64,000 nt of DNA. Source: the human T2T-CHM13v2.0 reference genome, Homo sapiens. The stretch is taken from the NCBI RefSeq assembly GCF_009914755.1, contig NC_060948.1; one strand, given 5' to 3'. Under the pieces are notes generated by a model that saw only the letters and a program-made list of their open reading frames with translations, did no database searches and had not been told where the DNA came from. A program made the position numbers and the translations under genes. This document shows positions 1 to 14,665 of this stretch, in pieces. The stretch's first letter is position 1; the number at the start of each line of letters is the position of its first letter.

Positions 1-2321
1 GTGGCTGTCCCCAAAACATCATCAGCCAACCCAAGACTGCGTTTATCTCTCCATGAGACTGCATGTCTCATGGAAACAAAACCTGGCAGAATCAGATGGG
101 TAAAATACAATTCTGAGTTTTAGAAATAATTGCATGTTACTTTAACTTAGTCCTATTGCATATCTTCATATATTTTTGTCACTACTACTGTTTCTGAAAC
201 AAACATAACTTTGTAGAGTCTTCCTCTACTTACTGGCTTTCATTGTGCATGCAGCCTACACATTCTTCCATTATTTCTGGAAGCTTTGGAAGAAAAAGTC
301 TTGAGATTGGCATTTCAAGAGCTGAGTGCTTAGTCTCAGCAGGGAACTACAATTACCACTAATAATAATGATAATGATAACAAGGGTACAAAAGTCAAGT
401 CCAACCAAATTTCCTTCAAACCCTTTTCTAGAAATAATATTTTCAAAGGCCATTAAAATATGGCAATGTGAGACAAAATAGTGCTTTATTGGAAAACCTT
501 GTTTGGTTAGGGAAGATACCTTTTTGGGTTATATGATTCTGATTGTGTGGGAGTTACTTTACAACAGTGTAAGTTGTAGATAGTGATACAAGTGCAAAAT
601 AATTCATGTGTGTAGATACACAAACAAATTATGTACCACATAGGGCATCTCCTATTAAGAGTCAGTTTTGCCATATTCCTTTAAATATTTCTTTACAGCA
701 TATAAATTTCCCTTCTTTGGCTTCTCTTTGAACAGGTTATAATGTCTTCCTTGTTAGCTAATTTTGAGCTATATGGTTTAAGTAAAATCTGTAATACATA
801 TTTATTTTATATGTGCATGAGAATTATAATTTTACTCTTTTTGAGAATTCTCATTTACCACTGTGGAGAGATACTTTTGATCCCCACCAATCATACTTTC
901 CTGGGCCTTTTCTTTTTCTTTAACCCTTCTGGGTTTGATGATTCTGATTGTCTGGTTGTGGGGAAATTTTTTTTTTGTATATATCTTCATATATATATAC
1001 ATTTTTTTTTAAAGCTGGTATTTGCTTCAGAAAGCCCCACCTTGCCTTCCAAGGAGGGTAGGCAGTCTCATGTATTTTGAACTTTGAGGAAACTGAGTTT
1101 ATTGATTTCCATTTCAAAGAAACTGAGTTTCTTGATTTCTCTTTATCACTCCTCCCTCTCCATGTGCGGTAGCTGAGAGAGTTCTGGTGGCCCCGATGCT
1201 CTGCCATTGGAACACAGCACACAGACACACACAGGTGCAGAGTCAGGCACCAGTAGCATACCTAGACAGCCAGTGTTCTGGCTGCTCTTCCTTTCTCATC
1301 CTCTGAAACCTCTAGCCCTGTTTTTTCATGGCATTCGTTATTTGTGTGGTCCTTTACTACAGAGGTTTGAGGGTTATTTTAAGGAACTCTTTCGCTGGGC
1401 TCAGGAGATAGGCAGAAAGACAACTTGAGATGAAATGCATGAAAAAGTAGCCCAACTGCTTTAATTAGTATCCCTGAGAGGAGGACAAAAAGCTTTTGGC
1501 AGTTGGGATTTACCTTCTATTTTATGGAGGGTGGGGTGTGGCCGGGGAGCCACTCACTTCACATTCCACCAAGGCAGAAAGTGAAATTTCCTCCCTGAGG
1601 TCCTGGAACTGGTCCTTATAGAGACAACTTGGTGGAAAGCATAGCTCATGAGGGCCCCAACCTTCAGGGAAGTCCCTATCTGCAAATGGGTCACCTTCCA
1701 GAGACAATTATAGTGGCTCATGTTGCTTGAGTTCTGGGATATATTTCTGTAAACCAGGAGCTCACAGTCACAATTTGCAAAGAGGGTAGGCTTAATAGGA
1801 GGGCTGGGATTCCCACGTGGCCGCTAGGTTCCTCCCACTCCTTTTTGGATCATGGTTCTTGATTAGGCTAAGGCTGGCTCTCGCCTTTCTTTCTGGTGTC
1901 TAGGAAAGTCGTGGAGGCAAGTATGCCGCTATAAAAATTAGACTCTGTGTTACTAGCTGAAGATGATGCAATTTATTTACGACTGTAAGTAAATTTATCA
2001 ATGTGCAGACTCCAGCGGCTCAGTGCCTCTTGCTTACTCTTGCTGAACCCTAGGCTTTGGAGAAAGTTGCTTGAGTTTCTACAATTCGTTCCATAATTTT
2101 TAGGATCCCAGTTCCTGCAAAGTTAGGAGATTTACTGAATCAGTGGTAAAAAAAAAATATTTTGGCTAAATTTGAACCAAACAGGCAGGCTCCTCCTAAA
2201 AGTCTGTATAGATTGAGGCTTCCGATTGCCCAACAGAATTTTCTGTAGTTAAATCTGTCCTCCAACACCAGAAATCTGTGTTTGCTGAAGCTGCTGTGAG
2301 CGAGACCTCGTATCTACCTAA

Positions 2322-2359
<38 letters not shown>

Positions 2360-2575
2360 ACGGTCTCTACCAAAGAAGATAAAAATTAGCCGGGCTTGGT
2401 GGTGTGCACCTGTAATTCCAGCTACTCCACAGGCTAAGGCAGGAGAATCTCTTGAACACAGAAGCAGATGTTGCAGTAAGCTAAGATCACACCACTGCAC
2501 TAGGGCCTGGGCAGCATTGTGACTCTGTCTCAAAAATAAATAAATAAATAAATACATAATACATACATACATAAA
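2322..2575 (+). mobile_element. (TG)n microsatellite followed by an Alu right arm with a (TAAA)n(CATA)n tail
   Basis: TG run 2323-2357, then AAAATTAGCCGGGC..GAGAATC..CACTGCAC. Confidence 0.85.
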
Positions 2576-3426
2576 AATATACTACAGAAATGTTCTTTGT
2601 AGTAAGCCATTTTACAGAAAATGGTGAGGGAAATCCTGGTGCAGAGGTTCACTCCCAGTACTTCCAGAACTAAAGGCAAAGACAGGAGAATCACTTGACT
2701 TCAGGAGTTTCCGGCCAGCCTAGGCAACATCCAAGACCCTTTTTCTAAACTGAAAAAAAAAAGTGGTGACGGAATGTTTTGACAGTCACTGTTGCCCAGC
2801 AGCAAGCAATATTCAACATTAGCTATCACTGGATTCTCAATGAGAATCCCAGAGTATCAAATGGTTCCCAGCAGATCCAAGTACAATAATATGACCAGAA
2901 CAGGGATTCTGCATTTCCAACTTTCAAACTTGCCACATATCATGGATAATATATTGACCACTAATTATTTACATCCACCAGCCATTTAGCATTATCATTG
3001 CTAGGGGCTTGCCCTTTTGAATTCATTCTGCAATTGTACTGTAATAATATAAAAATAGTCTCGATCATCCAAAATGGTTGTTGTGCTGCTTTCTCTTTCA
3101 GATTGTCCATGTTAAGAAAAAGTTTCTGTGTTTATGTATGTGCATTTGTGTATGTGGATGTTGTCGAGAGCATACAAAGAACAAACAAACAGAAGAAGAA
3201 ATAATCTATCCACAGGACAAGTCTTCTGTTTTCTCTCTTCTTCTTCAAGGAGTGTGAGCTGTCATAGGAGTTACAGATACCAGCCAGTAGCTAAACAAAC
3301 TTTCTGCATTATAGTCAAATGGATCATGAGGAACGCAGGGAGAAAGTGAGGGCTCAGGATCCTGGTTGGGTCCTAGAGTAGGAAGGGTGCAGCATCCATT
3401 AAACAGTGTAGAAAAGAAAAACTAAT

Positions 3427-3810
3427 ACAGTTATCCCTTGCTATCTGTGGAGGATTGATTCCAGAATCCCTGTTGGATACCAAAGTACATGAATGTTTGA
3501 GACCCTGATATAAAATGGTGTAGTATTTATGTATAACCTATGTACATCCTCCCATATATCACCATCCTCGATTATTTAAATCATTCCTAGACTATCTAAA
3601 TAAATCATCCCTAGATTATTTATAATTACTAAAGCAGTGTAAATGCTATGTAAATAGTTGTTATACTGTATTATTTAAGTAACAATGACAAGAAAATGTT
3701 GGAACATGTTCAGTACAGGTGCACCCTTCCATTTTTCCCCAAAATATTTTCAATCTAAACTTGGTTGAATACATATAGACAGAACTCACGGATAGGCAAG
3801 GATTATTGTA
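3427..3810. mobile_element. MER2 (Tigger-family) DNA transposon
   Basis: Begins TA|CAGTTATCCCTTGCTATCTGTGGAGGATTGATTCCAG; internal GTAAATGCTATGTAAATAGTTGTTATACTGTA. Confidence 0.8.
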
Positions 3811-3974
3811 TCTTTTCCTCAGTGATCACAAGGTTGATGACTGACACCACTATGAATAAAAACAAATTAACAAGGGAAAAACATAACAAATTTATTCAAC
3901 GAAGTTTCAGGTGACATAAGAGCCTTAAGAAATAAAGACTCAGAGAATCAGTGAAAATTGTGTATTTTAGTTTT

Positions 3975-4417
3975 CAGTGCTGCCAAACAAAAATGATGGG
4001 GCCATGGTTTTGTATTGAGCTCCAAAATTAGGCAGCAACAGACCAGGTCAAACTAAAATGGAGTCACTCATGCTAAGTTTCACATAATATCAGGTAAATT
4101 AATCTGAAATATGAGGGAAAGAGATAGATCCTGAAAGCCATCTTTTTTTTCTGAAAACAAGAGATTACAGTCTACCCAATTCAGTGCAATAACGAACCAT
4201 ACTCTGCTTTATCCCTTTCAAAAAAGTAACCTCATGTCAACTAGTCATTTTTCTGTTGTTTCATATCTTTGCTCTCACCATACAAAATCCACCGTTCTAC
4301 TACTTGCCAGTGGGATCTATCACTCCATTTTGTAGAATGGAGGATGCTCCTTCATGACTTGCAAATAAAAGCCAATTATCTGTATAAGTAAAGGTGTTGT
4401 AATTTTCCCTTTTGATA
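3975..4417 (+). mobile_element. ERV1 (MER4-group) solo LTR
   Basis: AAAATGGAGTCACTCATGCTAAG motif; AATAAA near the 3' end. Confidence 0.6.
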
Positions 4418-4419
4418 GT

Positions 4420-4737
4420 TTCAGTGGTTCACACCTGTATCTTTGCCTCAGTATGTGGGGGAAGGATGGGAGGCTGAGGCAGAAGGATTGCCTGAGGCCA
4501 GGAGTTTGAGATCATCTTGAGCAACATGGCAAAATCCTGTTTCCACAAAAAATTAAAAATTAGCTGAGCATGTTAGCACATACCTGTAATCCCACATACC
4601 TGGGAGGCTGAGGTAGGATGATGACCGGAGCCAGGGTGGTCGAAGCTACAGTGAGCCATGATTGCACCACTGCAGTCCATCATGCATGACAGAGTGAGAC
4701 CTTGTATCAAAAAAAAAAGAAAGAGAAAGAAAAAAGA
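4420..4737 (+). mobile_element. Old Alu (AluJ-like)
   Basis: Two arms with an A-rich tail. Confidence 0.9.
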
Positions 4738-4974
4738 TAGAATGGACAGGTAATGTAGAAGTATTATAGGACAAAATAATTTATGATATGATAATAAATT
4801 GGGTAAACTTTAAGGCCTGGGAGTTCAGATTCTTTTTAGCCTCTCTCTATTGTATCCTTTCCCTTTGTGTATGGTGCAGGACATATGCCACACGAGAGTC
4901 TTATGAACTACTTTCAAGGGAGGTATGTCAGACAATAATTTTATGGACAGCTTTCACACAGAAAGGTTAGAATG

Positions 4975-5302
4975 AGTCAGTGATGCGTCATGCCTGTACT
5001 CCCAGCACTTTTGGAGGCTGAGGCGGGTGGGTCACCTGAGGTCAGGGGTTCAAGACCAGCCTGACCACTATGGTGAAATGCCATCTCTACTAAAAACACA
5101 AAATTAGCTGGGCATGGTGGCACCTGCCTGCCTCTAATCTCAGGTACTCAGGAGGCTGAGGAAGGAGAATCACCTGAATCCAGGTGGTGGAGGTTACACT
5201 GAGTCAAGATTGTGCCATTGTACTCCAGCCTGGGCAACAAGAGCAAAACTTCATCTCAAAAAAGAAAAAGAAAAAAAGAAAGGAAAACAACAAAAAAAGA
5301 AA
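4975..5302 (+). mobile_element. AluS
   Basis: Two arms, CACCTGAGGTCAGG, A-rich tail. Confidence 0.92.
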
Positions 5303-5550
5303 ACGTCAGTGAGTGACCTCCATGATGTCATATTTTGGCATAATATGTCCTAAGCCCCAACACCAGTGACAGCAGGCCAATGGATCCTATCCTTGGGCAG
5401 AGAAGTTCCTAGGTCAGGGATAGGAGACAAAAGCCAGTACCCAATCCTAACAGATGCTGGGCTCAAAATCTTGCACCTTTCTACCCCAGTTTTAACATCT
5501 CTGTATCTTCAGGGAGAGAAAAAAGCATAGGTCTTTTTTTCTAAAGTTCA

Positions 5551-5895
<345 letters not shown>

Positions 5896-6118
5896 TTACC
5901 TCATACTTAGCCGACCAAGAATGAGTCAGAGACAGTTCAGGGATCCAGAGCAGGAAATAGTGGACACACACACCAGCATCTGATCTCCAGAATAACAGAA
6001 GAGTACATAATCAAAAAGCTACTTTACATTAATATTCTTCACAAGGGTTTCTTTTCAAAAATGAGTTTTGACAACACTGAGATGCTCTTTTTTCTTTCTT
6101 TTAACCTCCAACTCTTGA

Positions 6119-6832
6119 TGTAACCACCCAATGGGTTCATTTTGTCCAGAGCCCAGAGACAGCTGATTTTTCAGTAGGTGAATTGCAATAGAGGAAGAGA
6201 TTAAATACACATAGAGCTGGCTAAATAGGAGCCTAGGGTTTTATTATTACTCAGCCTTCCTATCAACTTGGAGGCTAGGGTTTATCAAAGACAGTTTGGC
6301 AGGTGGGGGCTAGGGAATGGGTGCTTCTGATAGGTTGGGTATGGAATCACAGGGATGTGGAAAGTGGTCCTCTTGTGCTGAGTTCAATTCTGGTAGGCAG
6401 AAACAGGACTGGCTGAGTCTAGAGTCGCCTGTCTAGTTGGGCCATTTGGTAGTTAAAAATGACAAAACTTGAAAAAACACATCAAAAGGCCAGTCTTAAG
6501 TTCTACAAAAGTGATGTTAATTACAGGAGTAATTGGGGAATTTGCAACTCCAGAATAATGACCAGTAATCATTTAACTACATCTACATCTTAGCAGGATC
6601 ACGCCCCTCTCATTGTCCTAACCTGGTGGTCTTTCATTGTTTTACAAAGGTGATTTAGTTTTGGGAAGGACTATTCTCCTTTAAACTATAGACTAAATTT
6701 TTCTCAAAGTTAGGTTAGTTTATGCCCAGGAATGAACAAGGGCAGTAGGTAGGTTAAGGGCAAGACGGTTAGATCAGTTCTCTGTTACTGTTATAATTTT
6801 CTCATTGTTATATTTTTTGCAAATGTGGTTGG
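6119..6832 (-). mobile_element. LTR8-like ERV1 solo LTR
   Basis: Begins TGTAACCACCCCAATGGGTTCA..GAATTGCAATAGAG; ends TTTTTGCAAATGTGGTT. Confidence 0.75.
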
Positions 6833-7039
6833 ATAAAATCATGGCTCATACAAATATACAAAAAATACATATTAAAATTTTATTTAACATAAAACATTAA
6901 AATTTATTTAATAAATTATAAATGAAAAAATCAGTAACATGTTATAAGCAGTTTAAAAAAGTTAATGAAGCTCAGTTTTAACATGAAGTATAGGAATGGT
7001 GAAATTATATAAATGAAATTTGTAAATGGTGTCAATGTG

Positions 7040-7445
7040 CTTTTATCTAGAGCTGCTATAGGAAATCACCATAAACCGGGTGGCTTAATACAGAAAAACT
7101 TTCTTGTCTCACAGTCCTAGAGGTTAGAATTCTGAAATCAAGGTGTTGCCAAGTTGGTTCCTCTGTGAGTTCTGAGAAAAATCTGTTTCCTATCTCTCCT
7201 AACTTCTGATGTTTGCCGGTAGTCTTTAGTATTTTTACTTGAAGTTGCGTCACTACAATGTCTGCCCTCATTTTTACATGGCCTTCTTATTAAGAAAAAC
7301 AGTCTTTGGACTTAGGGACCTCCTTACTCCAGGATGACCTCATTTTCACTTAATTATATTTGCCATCATTTTATTTCCAAATAAGAGCACATTCTGAGAT
7401 TCCAGGTAGATACTAAGTTTTCAGAAACAGGATTAAACCCAGTGC
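7040..7445. mobile_element. MaLR LTR (MLT1-type)
   Basis: GGGTGGCTTAA..TCTCACAGTCCTAGAGG..AAATCAAGGTG..GATGACCTCAT..TTTCCAAATAAG. Confidence 0.8.
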
Positions 7446-9924
7446 AGATTGAGAGAAGTCCCTAGAAATGTCACTGCACATAATTCATTTGTATATCAAT
7501 AAACAAGAATTATTTTGCATTGCTATAAGTTACCTGCAATTTATAAAGTTGTGAAATAGTTCAAGACAATGAAGGGAGAGACTCTCTGGTAACTACAGAG
7601 TATGAGCTCATCATTGCTTAGTTTCCACAAGAGGTATCTCTGAATTTTTTTGTTTATTCCCAATGATCTTATAGCACTTGTAAAGTTTTTACATTAGTTA
7701 CAAAATGCAATTTGAAGTGAAAGAAACAGAAATACAAAATATTAGTTTCTCTTTTTCTCCTACATTCCTACATGGATTTGTAGAAGAGCTGACCTTTACT
7801 TATAAAATAAATCAGCAAATGAGTGTCTTTTCTAGAATGGGGTGACCCAATTTTTATTACAGTGAATTATTAGGACACATATGCACAGCACTTGAACATG
7901 TTCTATCTTCTGAAACTTGTGTGAGGTACACAAGCTGGTGTTATTGTTCCCACATTACAGATTAGGAGATTTCTCAGAAGAATTTCAGTTTGGTAATAAA
8001 TATTTCTTATTGAATTGGGGCTAGCAGCCAGGTGAAACTGCCTCTTTTTGCTCCCACCTATGCTGCAGGTCAATGTCATTTAGCAAATGCTAATAAGTGA
8101 GATCTTCTGAGATCTTCCTACTGAGGCTGAAATAACACTAGCACCTCAAGCAGGTCATGTTTTAGGCAGCTCCTTTGCACAGCCCAATATTTCATCTGAA
8201 GGAATTGTCTCTTAAAATCTTCCATTCTCTCACTTTACCTGATTAATTTTGTATCTAAACCTCGGAACAATTTTAAAGCATTTCTGCAGGCTGATCTCTT
8301 CTTATACTGGAAGAATTTTAGGAATCTGTGAGCCTAGTTAAATCTAGGAGGGTCAGTAAGATTAGTCACTGGGCAGGCAGGGTCCTGTGTTTAGATATTT
8401 TTCCTGTGGAGAATAAGATGAGGACTGTTGTTAATTTAGGTGATAATACTTTTTGCCTAAAAAAAAAATTGTTTCTCTACTATTTTATTTTGATTTTTAT
8501 TTTATTTTTTCAATTTTTTGAGGTTTTTGCCTGGGCTGGGTAAACTCAGCTGTATGGTGCTGGATGTCAGTCTACCATCAGAGTGGGACACCATACTGGG
8601 AGACAGAGGACATCCACATTGCACAGTCCTGAGATATCAAATTCTCAAGGATAACACAGTTTTTCCGCATCTGTGGAATGAAGAACTATAACTATGGATA
8701 GACATCATAAAAACAAAAGCCTTATGTAGTGACTAGTTAAGATTATAGTGCCAGCCCTGGGCTTTCGGGTTGCAGAAAACTGGTAGGTTGTATGTTATGG
8801 GACTCAAGAGCATCTCTCAACATAGGCAATTGTATCTCTGCTGTCCTTTCTCTTCAGCAGCTTTCCTCTATAGGTCTCAGTGGGAATCCATCCTTTCGGG
8901 TTTTGGGATTTCAGAAGTGAACATGGCATTGCACTGCAGAGATGGTGTGTGAGTCCAGCCTACCCGAAACCAATGCAAATTAGTAAGTATTTGGGAACTA
9001 AAGTTACTTTTGGAGACGTTAAGGGTGAAAGCCATCTCCTTCACTGACTACAAAGCAACTAGAGGCTCAGGAAAGCATTAGGTAATGCTCACAGGGTCAG
9101 CTCAGGAAGTGAAGAGCAAAGACTGCCATTGTGTTAACAAGAGGTTGAAAGTGTATTCTCAGAAGAAGAAATCTACTGTCATATCCATCCCCATCCATCT
9201 GCAGGCTCCAATACACAGCTCTTTCGTCTGTCCTCTGTAGTAAGATGAAATACCAAGCACAGAGCACAAATCCTGAACAATCGCCATCACCTATTTGGTG
9301 GACGCATAGGCCTGGTCTCTGATCTGGTCGCATGTCCAGAGGGTCTGCTAACCCACTGCACCTAGGGAGACAGGCATTGTACCACCTTTTCTCTACTCTT
9401 CCCAGACTCAACACATTTGATTGTATATGCGCATGAGGTAGAAATATAAGATGAAGCAGGGACAGAGTCAACAAGCCAGAACTAGATGCTTCTACCTGGA
9501 CAGAAGACCTAGAATTCTTTTTTGGATCCTAAATTCACCAGGAAATTTTAACCACATGCATTCAGAGATGCTGTGTAGGTGTGGCCAGTGTCAGCTGGCA
9601 GTGTACCCAGTGTACCACTGTGTCGCCCACCCTGTGGTCATTAGCAATTGGAATTCCTCAGTAATCTGGCTGGGAAACTGACCTTTGGAAGTCTTTCCCT
9701 TACTTCTCCTTCACCCAGCAAAGGGCTATGCAAATATCCTTTTACAAATTAAGGGCTGAATATCCAGCCCTAAGGTTTCTTCAGTTAGTAGATTAGTTTT
9801 ACTTTGGAAAGCTGGGCCCAAGTTATTTGGCTCAAAACATCCTCCCAATGCTGAGGACACAACAGTTGAGAAACAGTACAACTGTTAGTATCCAGATTGC
9901 AAAGGAAGATGTAATAGTATATAC

Positions 9925-10305
9925 TCATGTGTCACTTAACAACAGAGATACATTCTGAGAATGGCATGCATAGGTGATTTAACAACAGAGATACATTCTA
10001 AGAATGGCATATGTAGGTGATTTTGTCATTGTGCAAATATCATAGACTGTACCCACAGAAACCTGGATAGTTTAGCTTACCACACACCTAGGCTATATGA
10101 TATAGCCTATTGCTCTCAGGCTACAAACCTGTGCAGCATGTTGCTAAACTAAATACTGTAGGCAATTAGGACACAATGGTAAACATTTGTTTACTTAAAC
10201 ACACTTACACATAAAAAGGTGCAGTAAAATTATTATAATATGATGAGGCCACCATTGTCTATGTAGTCCTGTTGTTGACTGAAGTGTTATGTGGAAGATG
10301 GCTGT
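9925..10305. mobile_element. MER47/Tigger3-type DNA transposon with an internal ~43-bp tandem duplication
   Basis: CACACCTAGGCTATATGATATAGCCTATTGCT..GGCTACAAACCTGT; duplicated unit at 9936-10021. Confidence 0.8.
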
Positions 10306-10309
10306 ATTT

Positions 10310-12156
<1,847 letters not shown>

Positions 12157-12730
12157 TCCAGTTGTCTTGTGGTTTCCAGGGAGACTGGTTTCCAGGAGCA
12201 CCCGTCCACAAGATACCAAAATACATAGTTGCTCATGTCCCTGATATAAATGTGTAGCCTGGGTAACATGGTGAAAACCTGTGTCTACCAAAAAAAGGTA
12301 CAAAAATTAGCCTGCCATGATGGTGAGCTTGTAGTCCAAGCTACACGGTGAGGCAGAAGGATTGGTTGAGCGTCAGAAACAGAGGTGGCAATGAGCCAAG
12401 ACTGTATGTCACACTCAGGATAGGTGACAGGGTCAGACTCTGTCCTTCCAATCCCCTGACAAAAAGATGTAGTATTTGCACATAACCGATGCACCTCCTT
12501 CTGTATATTTTAAATCATTTATATATTACTTATAATATCTAATACAAAGTAACTGCTATGTAAATAGTTGCTATATTGCTTAGGGAATATGGACAAGACA
12601 AAAGTCTGTACACGTTTGGCGCAGATGCAACCATTCATTTATTTTTCCTGAATATTTTTGATCTGTGGTTGGTTGAATCTACAGATGTCTAGGGATTCAG
12701 AATCCACTAGTACAAAGGGCTAACTGTACT
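12157..12730. mobile_element. MER2 interrupted by an AluJ fragment (~12257-12450)
   Basis: MER2 motifs CCCTGATATAAA and GCTATGTAAATAGTTG flank the Alu arm. Confidence 0.7.
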
Positions 12731-12810
12731 GATATTATACTACGACCTTGGAAGCAAAACCGTTATTATAAGCAAAAGAAGCTAGACGCAAAGTCCACTT
12801 ACGTCAGGAT

Positions 12811-12968
12811 TACATATATATATACACACACACATACATACGTACACACACACATATATACACACATACATATATACACACACATATATACACATATATA
12901 CACACATATACGCACATATATACACACTTATATACACACATATATACACACATATATACATATATATG
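12811..12968. repeat. Compound (TA)n/(CA)n microsatellite
   Basis: Directly visible. Confidence 0.95.
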
Positions 12969-13541
12969 AAAAGTTAGTAAATTGTGCATTTAAAAACAAG
13001 GCAATGCATGGTGTATGAATTATCCTGATCTCCCAAGTTTTGATGACTGGAACCGTAATTGCATCTAAAACAAATAGGTGATGTTTTTCAGGGAATTCCC
13101 CTTCGCCTCCATCATATCAAGGAAAATAAATGGATTAACAAACGTATAACTGTAAGTAAGAAACGGATAGCGGAGAAAGTGGAGTCCATTTAACCTGTAC
13201 TTGGTGCAAAATAGCTGCTGATAGTTGTTTCAAGCCCGCGTGGGTCAGCGGGGAACAGTACGTGGACCCCATTGCACTGGACAGGCTGGAGTCTGGGTCG
13301 GTGTCAGAGCTTAAAAACTGATAAGCTGAAAGCCAATGCACCTACCCTTTAACGTCATGTATTTTTTATCCCTACATCATTGATGGCTAGGAACAGCAGG
13401 TAACATCCTCATAAGATTAAGCAATAAGAAAATAGACTTTATGTGTACTCTCACTTGTCGTTAATTTCGTACATTCTCTAACAAAAGAATACGGTTGGAA
13501 TAAAAATCTAAACCTTTCCAGAACAGTAATGAGTACCTTAC

Positions 13542-13900
13542 CATACGGGAACACCGGCCTGGGAACTACAAATCCGGGTTGGCCACACCCAGAAGAAATA
13601 CTCTCTTTCCTAGAACGTTGCATTACGCTCCAATCCCGAGCAGGTCCAGAGAGCCGTAGCCGCTCAGCCTGCTGGGACTTGTAGTTCTTTTTTTAACAGG
13701 CATAGGTTCCCGAGGCCACTTTCGGCTCTGTCGGCCTGAGGCCGAGCCCAGGATTTAATGTTCCCCACCCTCCCGCACTCCCCAAGATAGGTTGGTAGTG
13801 TTAGGAAGAGTGGATGGCGGAGTCAACCTCCTCCGGTCACGTGTGGTACTTGGCATGCAGCGATTGGTCGCCAGAGTTATAGGGCCCCGCGTTAAGTCCA
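13542..13900 (-). ncRNA. Candidate first exon of a divergent transcript, possibly a 5' extension of the neighbouring BCOR pseudogene BCORP1
   Basis: Minus-strand donor ATG|GTAAGG (intron starts 13541) just beyond the promoter motifs. The BCORP1 link comes from recalled locus order only. Confidence 0.35.
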
Positions 13901-13929
13901 TGAGCTTCCGTGAGGGTACTCTGCCGGTT

Positions 13930-14042
13930 TTGCTGCGGAAGTCACCTCGTGGCGTAGGGGAGAGGTAACACCGAGAAGAGGCAGCGGCGGTGGCGCCAAG
14001 ACGATTGGTGCCAAACAGGGCAGAACGCAACTCAGCTCTGGG
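13930..14042 (+). pseudogene. TXLNGY: TXLNGY exon 1, now non-coding
   Basis: GC-rich and resembles X exon 1 (MATRVEEAARGRGGG..). The start position reads GTG GCG TAG (13949-13957). Donor GG|GTGGGT at 14043. Confidence 0.75.
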
Positions 14043-14577
14043 GTGGGTTCCTGTCCAGAGGGGTAGAGAAGAGTGGCTGAGGGCGCGCCCTGATCTCAGC
14101 GGGAAGAGTGCGACCCCGAGGGCGCGCTAGGTATGAAAGCCACGTGTGGCTGGCACCGCGGGGACCCACGCACCAGGTGTACCCTTTCCAGTCCCTGCCG
14201 TCGCCTTATTCCCGGTGCTGGTCACCACCGTCTAGGGCTTACTTGGGACACAGGCTAGTTCTCTCCTGAAGCTATTGAGCAGTATGTGTTGAGGTGCGCT
14301 ACGCCAGTTGAGGTGAAGCTGTTACACAGTATGAAAGCCGGGCTTTGTAGCTGCAGCTGCGCATTGCACCCCCAGCTACGCAGTCTCCTTTCCTTCTCAG
14401 TCACAGGACCGGATGGCAAGTGGCCGCAGCCAGTCGGTGAGACCGACTGAGCTCTGGGGCTTCAGTTCTTGACGCTACCTACATGGCTACATCTCCAGCC
14501 AAGGATGAGAGGTGATGCCAGAGGACCTCGATCTAAATTGGGCACCATTATCGTATGACAACTTCTCTTGCAAAACA

Positions 14578-14665
14578 TCTTCTCTTTTCTCTTCTTTTCT
14601 CTGTCTCTCTCTTTCTCTCTCTCTCTTCGTTTCTCTCTTCTTTCTTTCATTGCTCTTTCTCTGTC
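14578..14665. repeat. CT-rich simple repeat
   Basis: Directly visible. Confidence 0.85.

Larger units (their letters stand above)
13540..14500. promoter_or_regulatory. CpG-island promoter of TXLNGY, probably bidirectional
   Basis: Marked local CpG/GC enrichment. ACTACAnnTCC (ZNF143/THAP11-associated) motifs at 13565 (+) and 13673-85 (-), GTCACGTG E-box at 13836, reverse CCAAT at 13863, ETS CGGAAGT at 13936. Confidence 0.85.

Noticed and set aside
1965-2005. Clustered homeodomain-like sites (TTTATTTACGA, TAAATTTATC) as an enhancer
   Set aside because: Short AT-rich motifs are expected by chance, and conservation cannot be assessed here.
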